DNA of 64,000 nucleotides, from NCBI GenBank assembly GCA_016124445.1, contig WGNR01000013.1, forward strand, positions 35,460 through 99,459, written 5' to 3'. This DNA is from a bacterium (GTDB lineage: Bacteria; Planctomycetota; Planctomycetia; Pirellulales; Pirellulaceae). Positions 1 to 8,566 of this stretch are shown here, one piece after another. The notes beneath the pieces were generated by a model. The model did no database searches. It had not been told where the DNA came from and saw nothing but the letters and a program-made list of their open reading frames with translations. How positions within the stretch are numbered: the first letter of the stretch is position 1; each line of letters opens with the position of its first letter. The translations under genes were made by a program, and so were the position numbers.

Positions 1-1
1 A

Positions 2-1135
2 ACGTTACCGGATACGATCCATCGCACCAACGAATGGGATCATTTCGTTGTGGAAGTCTGGGTACGGGGACAAGGTGCCGATCCGGTCAACGTTCAAGAT
101 TTATCCTTGGACCTGGGATACAAGACCGATCTGACTTCCGCCGTCGCAGTTGACTTTGGCCACTCATTCGAAGGCACTTCGTCCTTCCAGATAAATGACC
201 AGGCCGGCGCGGTTAATCAGGTCCACGGAACAACCGCTGGGGTTACACTGACCCCAGACGACCGCGTCCTGTTTGCTCGCGTTCACTTTCAGGCAGTGAA
301 AGACGCCGGCGACAATGTCAAGCTCGACCCTGCGACGGGTGACGTTGGCCCTCATTCGATTCAGCTCGTTGCTCAAAACATTACTGCCAACGACGCCGGG
401 GCCGACCTACTGGTCCAGCAAGATCCGATGCCAGAGATGGGATTGTATCCGGTAATTTACGACCTTAACGACGATCAAAAGGTCGGCCTGGCGGACTACA
501 ACATCCTCCTGACACAATTCGGCAAGACTGCGGATACCCCGGGGGCTGGCATGCAGTGGTACGCCGACTTCGATAAATCCGACAGGGTTGGTCTGAGCGA
601 CTACAATTTCCTGCTCACGAATTTCGGCCAGAACAGCGATATAGAATCGGTCACGCTTCCTGCGAACTACCCTGATGCCTGGATCCAGCCAGACTCAACG
701 ACTACCGGAGACGGTGGAGGCAGCGGCGGCACTGGAAGTGGCGGCACCGGGGGCGGTGGTACGAACGATCCTCCTCCGCCACCACCAGTCTTCAACTTGA
801 ATGACTTCGCCCCCAATATCATTCTGCCGGGTGCGAACGACGTTTTTCAGTTGTTCATCGGTGCCGGTGTCTGGGACCCTAACTTCCAGGTCAATCTCCT
901 GACCGGAAGCGCTTCACTCAGTGGCGCTACGGAAGATACGCCTGGGGACGCCATTCTTTCGATCGTGCTGGACGACCAGGAACTGTACGAGACCGAGATC
1001 GAAATCGTGCTCGATGGAGAGTTGATCGATACGATCACCGAGTTCAACGACTATGCGGCACTTATTACCAGCTACGTCGCCGAGGTGGTTGATTCGTTGA
1101 AGACGATGCTGATCGAATCGTCGAGTTCCGAGTAA
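2..1135 (+). CDS. C-terminal part of a large extracellular protein (cohesin-like domain + type I dockerin-like EF-hand pair); 5' end lies outside the window
   Basis: The frame is open from base 2 (TLPDTIHRTNEWDHFVVEVWV). It has paired Ca-binding motifs DLNDDQKVGLADY and DFDKSDRVGLSDY, then a Gly/Thr and poly-Pro linker and an acidic tail. Confidence 0.75.
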   Translation, partial: TLPDTIHRTNEWDHFVVEVWVRGQGADPVNVQDLSLDLGYKTDLTSAVAVDFGHSFEGTSSFQINDQAGAVNQVHGTTAGVTLTPDDRVLFARVHFQAVKDAGDNVKLDPATGDVGPHSIQLVAQNITANDAGADLLVQQDPMPEMGLYPVIYDLNDDQKVGLADYNILLTQFGKTADTPGAGMQWYADFDKSDRVGLSDYNFLLTNFGQNSDIESVTLPANYPDAWIQPDSTTTGDGGGSGGTGSGGTGGGGTNDPPPPPPVFNLNDFAPNIILPGANDVFQLFIGAGVWDPNFQVNLLTGSASLSGATEDTPGDAILSIVLDDQELYETEIEIVLDGELIDTITEFNDYAALITSYVAEVVDSLKTMLIESSSSE

Positions 1136-1149
1136 AACCGCCCCTTCCA

Positions 1150-1371
1150 TTAGTAGTGAGGCGGACGTTCTTCTTCTGCCGAGCGCGGCTGATCTAGTGC
1201 CGCATGAAGCTGTTCGATTCTCTGATCGGCTCGGGTCAGCAAACTTTCCAATCGCTCGATGCGCTTGTGCTGGTCCAGAATCACTTCATTTAAATCGGCA
1301 ACAATTCGCTCGAGATGGGCGTGTTTTTCTTCAAGCCTTGTAATTCTTTCGACGGCGTTTCCCTCGGACAT
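1150..1371 (-). CDS. slyX: SlyX family protein
   Basis: ERITRLEEK..HLER....LNEVILDQ coiled coil with the C-terminal EERPPHY motif. Start set at the ATG at 1371 (MSEGN). Confidence 0.85.
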   Translation of the reverse strand: MSEGNAVERITRLEEKHAHLERIVADLNEVILDQHKRIERLESLLTRADQRIEQLHAALDQPRSAEEERPPHY

Positions 1372-1712
1372 CTCTTGTCTGCTTTCCACATGGGGGACAA
1401 TCTTCTGCGTAAACACCCTTTAATGGATCATGATATTCACATCGACGTCAACCGTTCTTGTAATCTTCACCGAAATAGGGTTGGCCCCTTGATTCAGCCG
1501 AGACTGATTCCGCAGCGATGGGCCATCGCACGCCCCTCCGCTGCGTTGACGAATCCGATATTTCGCACTTAAAATGCTTGACGTAATGAATTAGTCCATC
1601 ATGCGATAGGTTATTCGGGAACGCTCCAAGTGCTTCAATCGAAGTCACGTGCAAGGACTCCCTACGCTTTCCATTCGCCGCAATTGAGTTGGCCAGAAAG
1701 TACTGAACGAAC

Positions 1713-3743
1713 ATGTCAATCTCCACGACCAGTATCGAGCAATTATCCATCAACGCCATCCGCACGCTGTCGATGGATGCCGTCCAGCAAGCCAACAGCG
1801 GCCACCCAGGCACACCAATGGCCTTGGCACCGGTCGTTTATTCGCTGTGGAGCAAACATCTGAATTACGATCCGGCTAATCCCCATTGGGAAAGCCGCGA
1901 TCGATTCGTTCTGTCGTGCGGCCATGCTTCGATGCTGCTGTACAGCACATTGCACCTGGCTGGTGTCAAAAAGGCGGACGGAGCCAGCGAACCTTCGATC
2001 ACGATGGACAACATTCGCAACTTCCGCCAACTCGATAGCCCGTGTGCTGGTCACCCGGAAGTTCACGAAGCCGCTGGCATCGAAGTCACCACCGGACCGC
2101 TCGGTCAAGGCGTCGCCACGAGCGTTGGTATGGCGATCGCCGCCAAGTGGCAGGGTGCTCGCTACAGCGAACTGTTCGAGTACGACGTCTACGCTCTGTG
2201 CAGCGACGGCGACTTGATGGAGGGCATCTCAACTGAAGCTGCTTCGGTTGCCGGTCACCTGAAGCTGTCGAATCTGTGCTGGATCTACGACGACAACAAG
2301 ATCACGATCGAAGGCGACACCGACCTGGCCTTCACGGAAGACATTTCAGCCAAGTTCAAAGCGATGGGATGGCACGTGATCAATGTGGCCGACGCCAACG
2401 ACCTGGAAGCGCTTGATGCTGCCTACACCGAATTCAAACAGGTCACCGACAAGCCAACTTTGATTCACCTGCATAGCATCATCGCCTGGGGTGCTCCGAC
2501 CAAGGCCAATACGCACGGTGCTCACGGAGCTCCACTGGGTGAAGAAGAGATCGCAGGGACGAAGAAGGCTTACGGTTGGACCTGCGGCAAGTTCGAGGTT
2601 CCCGCTGAAGTATATGAGCACTTCAACGAAACGCTGGGGGCTCGCGGTGCCGAAGCCAAAGCCAAATGGGACGAGGACTTCGCCGCTTTCAGCAAGAAAA
2701 ACGCCGAGAAAGCAGCAACCTGGAAGTCGATCGTGTCAGGCGAACTTCCCGCAGATTGGGAAAGTGCCGTTCCCGTCTTCCCGACCGATGCCAAGGGCGT
2801 GGCAACACGTGCTTCCAGCGGCAAGGTCTTGAATGCAATTGCGGAAAAGGTACCAGGGCTACTGGGTGGTTCGGCTGACCTGGAACCATCGACCAAGACC
2901 GGGCTCAAGTTTGAAGGTGCCGGCGACTTTGAACCTGGCACCTACTGTGGCCGCAACTTCCACTTCGGCATTCGCGAACACACCATGGCCGCCATCGGCA
3001 ACGGAATGGCTCTCAGCGGTTTGCGACCTTACGTTTCGACCTTCTTCGTCTTCAGCGACTACCTGCGACCTTCGCTTCGCTTGTCAGCGATCATGCATGC
3101 TCCGGTGATGTACATCTTCACACACGACTCGATCGGTGTGGGCGAAGATGGTCCGACACACCAACCGGTTGAACACCTGTCCGCGATCCGCGCGATTCCG
3201 AATGTTGCCGTCTTCCGCCCCGGTGATGCGAATGAAGTGTCCGCTTGCTACAAGACCGCGATGAAGCTGACCGACCGTCCTTCGGTGCTGGTCCTGACTC
3301 GGCAAAATCTCCCGACCCTCGATCGTGAAAAATATGCTTGCCCAGACGGCTCGGCAAAGGGTGCTTACGTCATCGCGGACTGCGAAGGTACTCCGGAAGT
3401 GTTGCTGATGGGTACTGGCAGCGAATTGTCCCTGGTGGTTGAAGCGTACGAAAAGCTGACCGCCGAAGGGGTGAAGGCCCGTGCGATCAGCGTTCCTTGC
3501 TTGGAACTTTTCTACGAGCAGGACGCCGCCTACCAGAGAGAAGTCTTCCCTTGTGGTGTGACCGCTCGGGTAGCGGTCGAAGCGGGCGTTCGCCAGTGCT
3601 GGGACCGAATCCTGGGCTTCCAGGGCGAGTTCGTCGGCATGAGCAGCTTTGGTGCCAGCGCCCCAGCCGAGCAGCTGTTCGAGAAGTTCGGCATCACCAC
3701 CGATCATGTTGTCGCAGCGGCCAAGAAGTCGATTGCTGGCTAG
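1713..3743 (+). CDS. tkt: Transketolase
   Basis: Motifs ANSGHPG, RDRFVLSCGH, TTGPLGQG, SDGDLMEG (TPP binding), THDSIGVGEDGPTHQP. Confidence 0.97.
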   Translation: MSISTTSIEQLSINAIRTLSMDAVQQANSGHPGTPMALAPVVYSLWSKHLNYDPANPHWESRDRFVLSCGHASMLLYSTLHLAGVKKADGASEPSITMDNIRNFRQLDSPCAGHPEVHEAAGIEVTTGPLGQGVATSVGMAIAAKWQGARYSELFEYDVYALCSDGDLMEGISTEAASVAGHLKLSNLCWIYDDNKITIEGDTDLAFTEDISAKFKAMGWHVINVADANDLEALDAAYTEFKQVTDKPTLIHLHSIIAWGAPTKANTHGAHGAPLGEEEIAGTKKAYGWTCGKFEVPAEVYEHFNETLGARGAEAKAKWDEDFAAFSKKNAEKAATWKSIVSGELPADWESAVPVFPTDAKGVATRASSGKVLNAIAEKVPGLLGGSADLEPSTKTGLKFEGAGDFEPGTYCGRNFHFGIREHTMAAIGNGMALSGLRPYVSTFFVFSDYLRPSLRLSAIMHAPVMYIFTHDSIGVGEDGPTHQPVEHLSAIRAIPNVAVFRPGDANEVSACYKTAMKLTDRPSVLVLTRQNLPTLDREKYACPDGSAKGAYVIADCEGTPEVLLMGTGSELSLVVEAYEKLTAEGVKARAISVPCLELFYEQDAAYQREVFPCGVTARVAVEAGVRQCWDRILGFQGEFVGMSSFGASAPAEQLFEKFGITTDHVVAAAKKSIAG

Positions 3744-3783
3744 ATCTCAACAGCAACCTCAATGCTGGAATCTGAAACAATCC

Positions 3784-3815
3784 AAACCCCTCTCCGGCCA
3801 TGGTGAGGGGTTTTT
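3784..3815 (+). terminator. Rho-independent terminator after tkt
   Basis: AAACCCCTC...GAGGGGTTT stem followed by a T run, about 40 nt after the stop. Confidence 0.75.
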
Positions 3816-3903
3816 CATGCGCCCCAACAATCCACAAGATCCGGACAATCGAAACTCTCGGAAGCAGTTGGGCGCCGGGAAGGGGTGCAAATCGGATGCG
3901 TTT

Positions 3904-3932
3904 TTGACCTGCCACCGGTCCTAACCTATAGA
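3904..3932 (+). promoter_or_regulatory. Putative sigma70 promoter of the coiled-coil gene
   Basis: TTGACC-17 nt-TATAGA. It lies downstream of the ORF-track start at 3885, so the real start is probably later. Confidence 0.5.
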
Positions 3933-4040
3933 ACAGTAGGCCATTCCGCGCAACAGATTATCTCAACATGGCAGCCGTGCGGGGGCCTTGAGAATACGCA
4001 TGAAGTTGGACACGTCTCATTTAGTGAAATCGATCCGAAC

Positions 4041-6629
4041 ATGGACGGCGTAAATTCCCATCCTCAAGAATTCGCGAACTTGGAAGAAATTGCGAGCAAA
4101 GCCTCTTCGCAGCGGGAGCGTGCGCGCGAATTTCTGGAACAACATCGCCAGGGCATCAGCGAAATCGAGCAGCGGATTTCGCAGCAGTTGAAGCAGATCT
4201 CGCAAGGCCTGGTCGAGAAAGAAGGCATTCTTCAGAATCGTAATTCCGAGGTCGAAGCTTCCGCATTAAAGCTCGAAAGCCAAACAAGCGAACTGGCCTC
4301 GTCGCTCGATACGCTGCGTTCTCGGGAAGAAGCTCTCGAGGCGGAACTTCAACGATTCGAAGCGGAAAAAGGAAGCCGCGAATCCTGGGAAACAGAACGG
4401 CAGCAGCTACTCGAAAAGCAGCAACAACTTCGATCTGAGCTCGAAAATGCCAGCCAGGCGAAAACGACGCTCGAGCAACAAATGCAATCGCAACAAGCGA
4501 AGCATACCGAAATGCTTTCGCGATTGGAGTCGGCGCAGGAAAACGGTCAGGCTGCCGAGGAACTCCGAAACCAGCTCAACGCTCAGATCAGCGAGCTACA
4601 GTCGCAACTAACGCAGATCACGCAGGAACGTACCGACGTACAAAAGGAACTTGAGACGGTACGGCAGTCGGCCCAGCAGCATGAAAGCCGATCTAGCCAA
4701 CTGCAGCAAGATCTTGGCGGCCAAGAGCAGCGTGCGGTAGAACTGCAGAATCAGCTCAACGAAGTTCAAACAACCAAACAAAAGCTCGAACAAGATCTAA
4801 CCGCCACACGCAGCCAGAATGCCGATCTCGAAGGCAGCTTGCAACAGGAAAAACTGCGAGCCGACGACCTGGAAGGCAAGCTGCAACTTACCGAGCAGCA
4901 ACGAGATCAAGCCAACGCCCAGCTTTCGCAAAGCGACAGCGAACAGGCACAGAAGGCGGCCCAATACCAGGCGGAATTGCAGACCGCCCAGTCAACCATC
5001 CAGCAGTTGGAAAGCGAACGCAATCAACTGACTGGCAAGGTAGGCCAGATCGAAAAAGAGCTCACCGACCTCAAGAGCTCGACGGTACCGCGATCCGATC
5101 TGGAAGCGAAGGAATCCGAACGGCAAAACCAGGTGGCCGCCAAAGACCAGGAAATCGGCGGCATTCGCCAACAGCTTCAGCAGGCCGAACAACAGCGGGA
5201 AGAGCTAAAAAAACAGCTCAACGGCAGCCAGGCAGAACAAGCCGAACAAATCAGCCAACTCCAGTCGCAGTTGGAATCTTCGCAATCGAGCGCCAAGCAG
5301 CTGGAAGAAGCACGACGGAAGCTATCGGACCAACTGGCCCAGCTTCAAACGGAACTCGACCACGTCAAGTCGGCCAGCGTCGACAAATCGCAGCTAGAGT
5401 CGGCTCAGGGCGAACACGAACAAGCCTTGGCGGCCAAGGAAGAAGAACTTTCTGGCCTTCGCGAACAATTGAAGTCTGTCGAAGAAGCACGCGACCAGGC
5501 ACAACAGGCACTTGAAGGTGCCCAGCAAAACACCGATGGGCTCGAGCAGCTCTCCGGCGAATTGGAACAGGTCAAGCAAGAACGCGACGCGTTGGCCGAG
5601 AAGTTGGAACAACGTCAGGCCGAACATGGCGACCTGAACGACCAGCAAGATCAGCTTCGCGCCGAGAACGAGTCGCTTCGCAAGCAAGTCGAAGAAGCCC
5701 AGGGCGAACTGGAAAGCCAATTGGCCGCTTCTCAGGTTGCCTTGCAACAGGCCCGCGGCGATCACGAACAAAGCCGCGAGCAAGTCAGCACGCTTCGCCG
5801 CCAGCTCGAGTCACTGCAAGAGGAAGCCAGCAAGCTTCGCGAAGAAAACGAGACGCTTCAATCGGACGGAAGCGGCGAAGGTTCAGACGAAGCGTTCGCG
5901 CAGCTTCGCCAGGAACGCGATTCGCTTCTGGAAAAGATCGCCGATCTCAAGCAGCAAATCGAATCGGGCGGTGTGCCTGACGACGAACGCGTCGAGTCGC
6001 TGGAAAGCCGCTTGAAGCTGACTCTGGACGACCTGAAGGATCTGAAGAAAGAGAACGCCAAGCTGGCCAAGGACTTGGAAACCGCCAAGAAGTCAGGTAG
6101 TAGCGTCGTGGACGATTCCGGAAGCGACTGGGAAGCGACCAAACGCCGTATGCTGGCCCAGCTGGAAGCGGAATACAGCGACGACGATGCGGACGAAGCA
6201 GCCGAGCGGCTATCGATTCAGGAAGCGATCGACAACGGAAACCTGGCCATCGAAGCCAAGCAGCGCGAGATCGAACAATTGCGCGAGCAGTTGGAACAGG
6301 TCGAATCGACCGCCAAAGAATCGGGAGTCGCCCATGGCGCCCATGCCATCGCCCAATTGCTGGACCAGGACGAATTGATCGCCCAAGAACGAGAAAATCT
6401 GAAAACCTTGCAGGAGCAGTGGAAGGAAAAGCTGCGCAAGGCCGAAGTCGATATCTCCGTCGAGCGAGCTAAAATTGCCCGCGATCGAGCGGAACTGGAA
6501 GAAAAAATCGAGCAATTGGAAAACGAGAAGGCCAAACTCTCCAAGGCATCTCCAGCAAAATCGGGCAATGAGAAGCAGGCCAAGGGGAATTGGCTGTCGC
6601 GTTTGGGCCTGAAAGAAGGGGATTCCTAA
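4041..6629 (+). CDS. Long coiled-coil protein (SMC-like by composition but no ATPase motifs)
   Basis: About 860 aa of Q/E/L/K-rich heptads with no Walker A motif or hinge; ends in GNWLSRLGLKEGDS. Start set at ATG 4041; the ORF is open from 3885. Confidence 0.85.
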   Translation: MDGVNSHPQEFANLEEIASKASSQRERAREFLEQHRQGISEIEQRISQQLKQISQGLVEKEGILQNRNSEVEASALKLESQTSELASSLDTLRSREEALEAELQRFEAEKGSRESWETERQQLLEKQQQLRSELENASQAKTTLEQQMQSQQAKHTEMLSRLESAQENGQAAEELRNQLNAQISELQSQLTQITQERTDVQKELETVRQSAQQHESRSSQLQQDLGGQEQRAVELQNQLNEVQTTKQKLEQDLTATRSQNADLEGSLQQEKLRADDLEGKLQLTEQQRDQANAQLSQSDSEQAQKAAQYQAELQTAQSTIQQLESERNQLTGKVGQIEKELTDLKSSTVPRSDLEAKESERQNQVAAKDQEIGGIRQQLQQAEQQREELKKQLNGSQAEQAEQISQLQSQLESSQSSAKQLEEARRKLSDQLAQLQTELDHVKSASVDKSQLESAQGEHEQALAAKEEELSGLREQLKSVEEARDQAQQALEGAQQNTDGLEQLSGELEQVKQERDALAEKLEQRQAEHGDLNDQQDQLRAENESLRKQVEEAQGELESQLAASQVALQQARGDHEQSREQVSTLRRQLESLQEEASKLREENETLQSDGSGEGSDEAFAQLRQERDSLLEKIADLKQQIESGGVPDDERVESLESRLKLTLDDLKDLKKENAKLAKDLETAKKSGSSVVDDSGSDWEATKRRMLAQLEAEYSDDDADEAAERLSIQEAIDNGNLAIEAKQREIEQLREQLEQVESTAKESGVAHGAHAIAQLLDQDELIAQERENLKTLQEQWKEKLRKAEVDISVERAKIARDRAELEEKIEQLENEKAKLSKASPAKSGNEKQAKGNWLSRLGLKEGDS
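4881..5520 (+). repeat. Degenerate 294-nt (98-aa) intragenic tandem repeat, about 2.2 copies
   Basis: EQQRDQ (4893), EQQREE (5187) and EEARDQ (5481) are spaced exactly 294 nt apart. Units align, e.g. LKSSTVPRSDLE/VKSASVDKSQLE and AAKDQEIGGIRQQL/AAKEEELSGLREQL. Confidence 0.7.
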
Positions 6630-6773
6630 GCATTTCGCCCTGCGTTTGGCCCCCAGCCAGTGGGCCTGGCGGGCCGATTTGGGCTAGTATCCGCGATTTG
6701 AAATCGTAGGATGGTAAAGTTTCTGTTGCCTCTGGTAATTGGCGGCACCCATAGAGACTTCATTCTGAGCTCG

Positions 6774-7154
6774 ATGTCTAAGTTTACGCACCACATCTTC
6801 GTCTGCGGAAAATGCAAGCCGCATAAGAACCACCCTGATCGTAAGTCCCACGATCCCGCTGCCCTGCGGGCTGCTTTGAAAAAGGAAATCAAACGCCTGG
6901 GACTCAAAGCTCAGGTCAGGGCCAACGATTCAGGTTGTCTCGACCAGTGTGATGACGGTCAAGTGATCGTGATCTATCCGCAAGCGATCTGGTACGGCGG
7001 CGTCACCTTCAAGGATGCCGAGCGAATCATTCACGAGACGATCCTGGGAGGAAAGATCTTGGAAGATCTACTGATTCCCAGCGAACGGCTTGGATGCGGC
7101 AAGGCGAAGAAAGTAATTTCGGAAGCGAACTCGCAACAAGATCCTGCGACCTAG
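6774..7154 (+). CDS. Thioredoxin-like [2Fe-2S] ferredoxin
   Basis: HHIFVC, SGCLDQC..G..IVIYPQAIWYGGVT. Start set at ATG 6774 (MSKFTHH). Confidence 0.85.
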   Translation: MSKFTHHIFVCGKCKPHKNHPDRKSHDPAALRAALKKEIKRLGLKAQVRANDSGCLDQCDDGQVIVIYPQAIWYGGVTFKDAERIIHETILGGKILEDLLIPSERLGCGKAKKVISEANSQQDPAT

Positions 7155-7167
7155 GGGGCAAGCCTAC

Positions 7168-8511
7168 ATGCGTATTGTGATTTTAGGTGCCGGAACGGTC
7201 GGGACATGGATTGCCGATCTTCTGTGTCGCAATAACCACAGCGTCACCGTAGTCGAGTCGAATTCCGAACATGTCCGTTCGATCAACGCCGAACTCGATA
7301 TCCGCGCCATTCATGGTTCCGCCTCGGAGTCGGCAATTCTGTTTCAAGCCGGGATCATCGGCTGTGACTTGTGCCTGGCGGTCACCGGAGACGATGAGGT
7401 CAATATCGTTGCCGCCAGCATGGCCAAAGCCATGGGTGCCCGGCGATCGGTGGCCCGGGTCTATGGCCGCGTTTTCCGCGATCTGAGTACCTTCGACTAT
7501 CAACGCCACTTTCGCATCGATCGTTTTTTGAGCCTGGAACATCTTTCCGCGGTCGAATTCGTCCGCGCTGTTCGTTCCCCTGGCAGTGCCGTGCTGGAGA
7601 ACTTCGCCCGCGGCGAATTGGAAGTCCAAGAGGTCATCTGTGACGATCCCGCCCCGGCAATTGGCAAACCGCTGAAAGAAGTCAACCTACCCAAAGGAGT
7701 GCGAGTCGGCACGATCCAGCGCAACGGCAAGACCTGGATCGCTGGGGCAGGCGATTCGATCCAGATTTCGGACCACATCACGTTGATTGGAACTCGCGAA
7801 GAGATCGACGGTGTTAAATCGAAATTTCAAGTAAAAGCGACTCCGGTTCGATCGGTCGTTATCGCAGGCGGCGGCGAAACAGGTCTGGCGTTAGCCCGCA
7901 TGCTGGAAGGGCAGCGTTACCATGTGACCCTCATGGAAGAGAACATGGAGCGATGCGAGTTTCTGTCGCGACTGCTGGAACATACGACCGTCGTTCATGC
8001 CGATGCGACCCGCAAAGCTGTTTTGGAAGAAGAACGGGTCGGCAGCACCGACGTCTTTGTCGCCACAACCGGCGACGACGAGAACAACATCATGGCCTGC
8101 GTCGAAGCTCACGAGATTGGGGCTCGCGATTGCATGGCGATCGTGCAGCGGCCTGACTACGCCAATGTCGTCGAAAAACTAGGAATCAACCTGGCGGTCA
8201 GCCCGCGAAACGTGGTTGCCCGGCAAGTGCTGGGCCTACTCAACAGCGGACCGATCATCTCGAAAAAGAGCCTGCCAGGCGGTGGCATCGCCATTGTTGA
8301 ATTCGAGGTGATGCCGGGCGTGGTGGCGACAGAACATGTTATTGCCAACCTCAAGCTGCCGCCGCACTGTCTGATTGCGGCGATCATGAGTTCCGATTAT
8401 GTTCGGGTCGCATCGGCCGAAGATCGCCTGACCCCCGGCGATACGGTCGTCGTGCTGGTTGAAGAGTCGGCGCTCGACGCGGTCGTCAAATTGTTCGAGG
8501 GATCTTCGTAG
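7168..8511 (+). CDS. trkA: Trk potassium transporter NAD-binding subunit TrkA
   Basis: Two RCK units with GAGTVG and GGGETG Rossmann motifs, plus TGDDEVN and TGDDENN. Confidence 0.95.
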   Translation: MRIVILGAGTVGTWIADLLCRNNHSVTVVESNSEHVRSINAELDIRAIHGSASESAILFQAGIIGCDLCLAVTGDDEVNIVAASMAKAMGARRSVARVYGRVFRDLSTFDYQRHFRIDRFLSLEHLSAVEFVRAVRSPGSAVLENFARGELEVQEVICDDPAPAIGKPLKEVNLPKGVRVGTIQRNGKTWIAGAGDSIQISDHITLIGTREEIDGVKSKFQVKATPVRSVVIAGGGETGLALARMLEGQRYHVTLMEENMERCEFLSRLLEHTTVVHADATRKAVLEEERVGSTDVFVATTGDDENNIMACVEAHEIGARDCMAIVQRPDYANVVEKLGINLAVSPRNVVARQVLGLLNSGPIISKKSLPGGGIAIVEFEVMPGVVATEHVIANLKLPPHCLIAAIMSSDYVRVASAEDRLTPGDTVVVLVEESALDAVVKLFEGSS

Positions 8512-8566
8512 TGAGCGTTTACCTCAACCACCCCGTCTGTCGCTGGCACCACGTTTAAAGAGCATC

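Noticed and set aside
4041-6629. SMC/SbcC or tape-measure call for the coiled-coil protein
   Set aside because: No Walker A/B, signature or hinge motifs, and no phage genes nearby.
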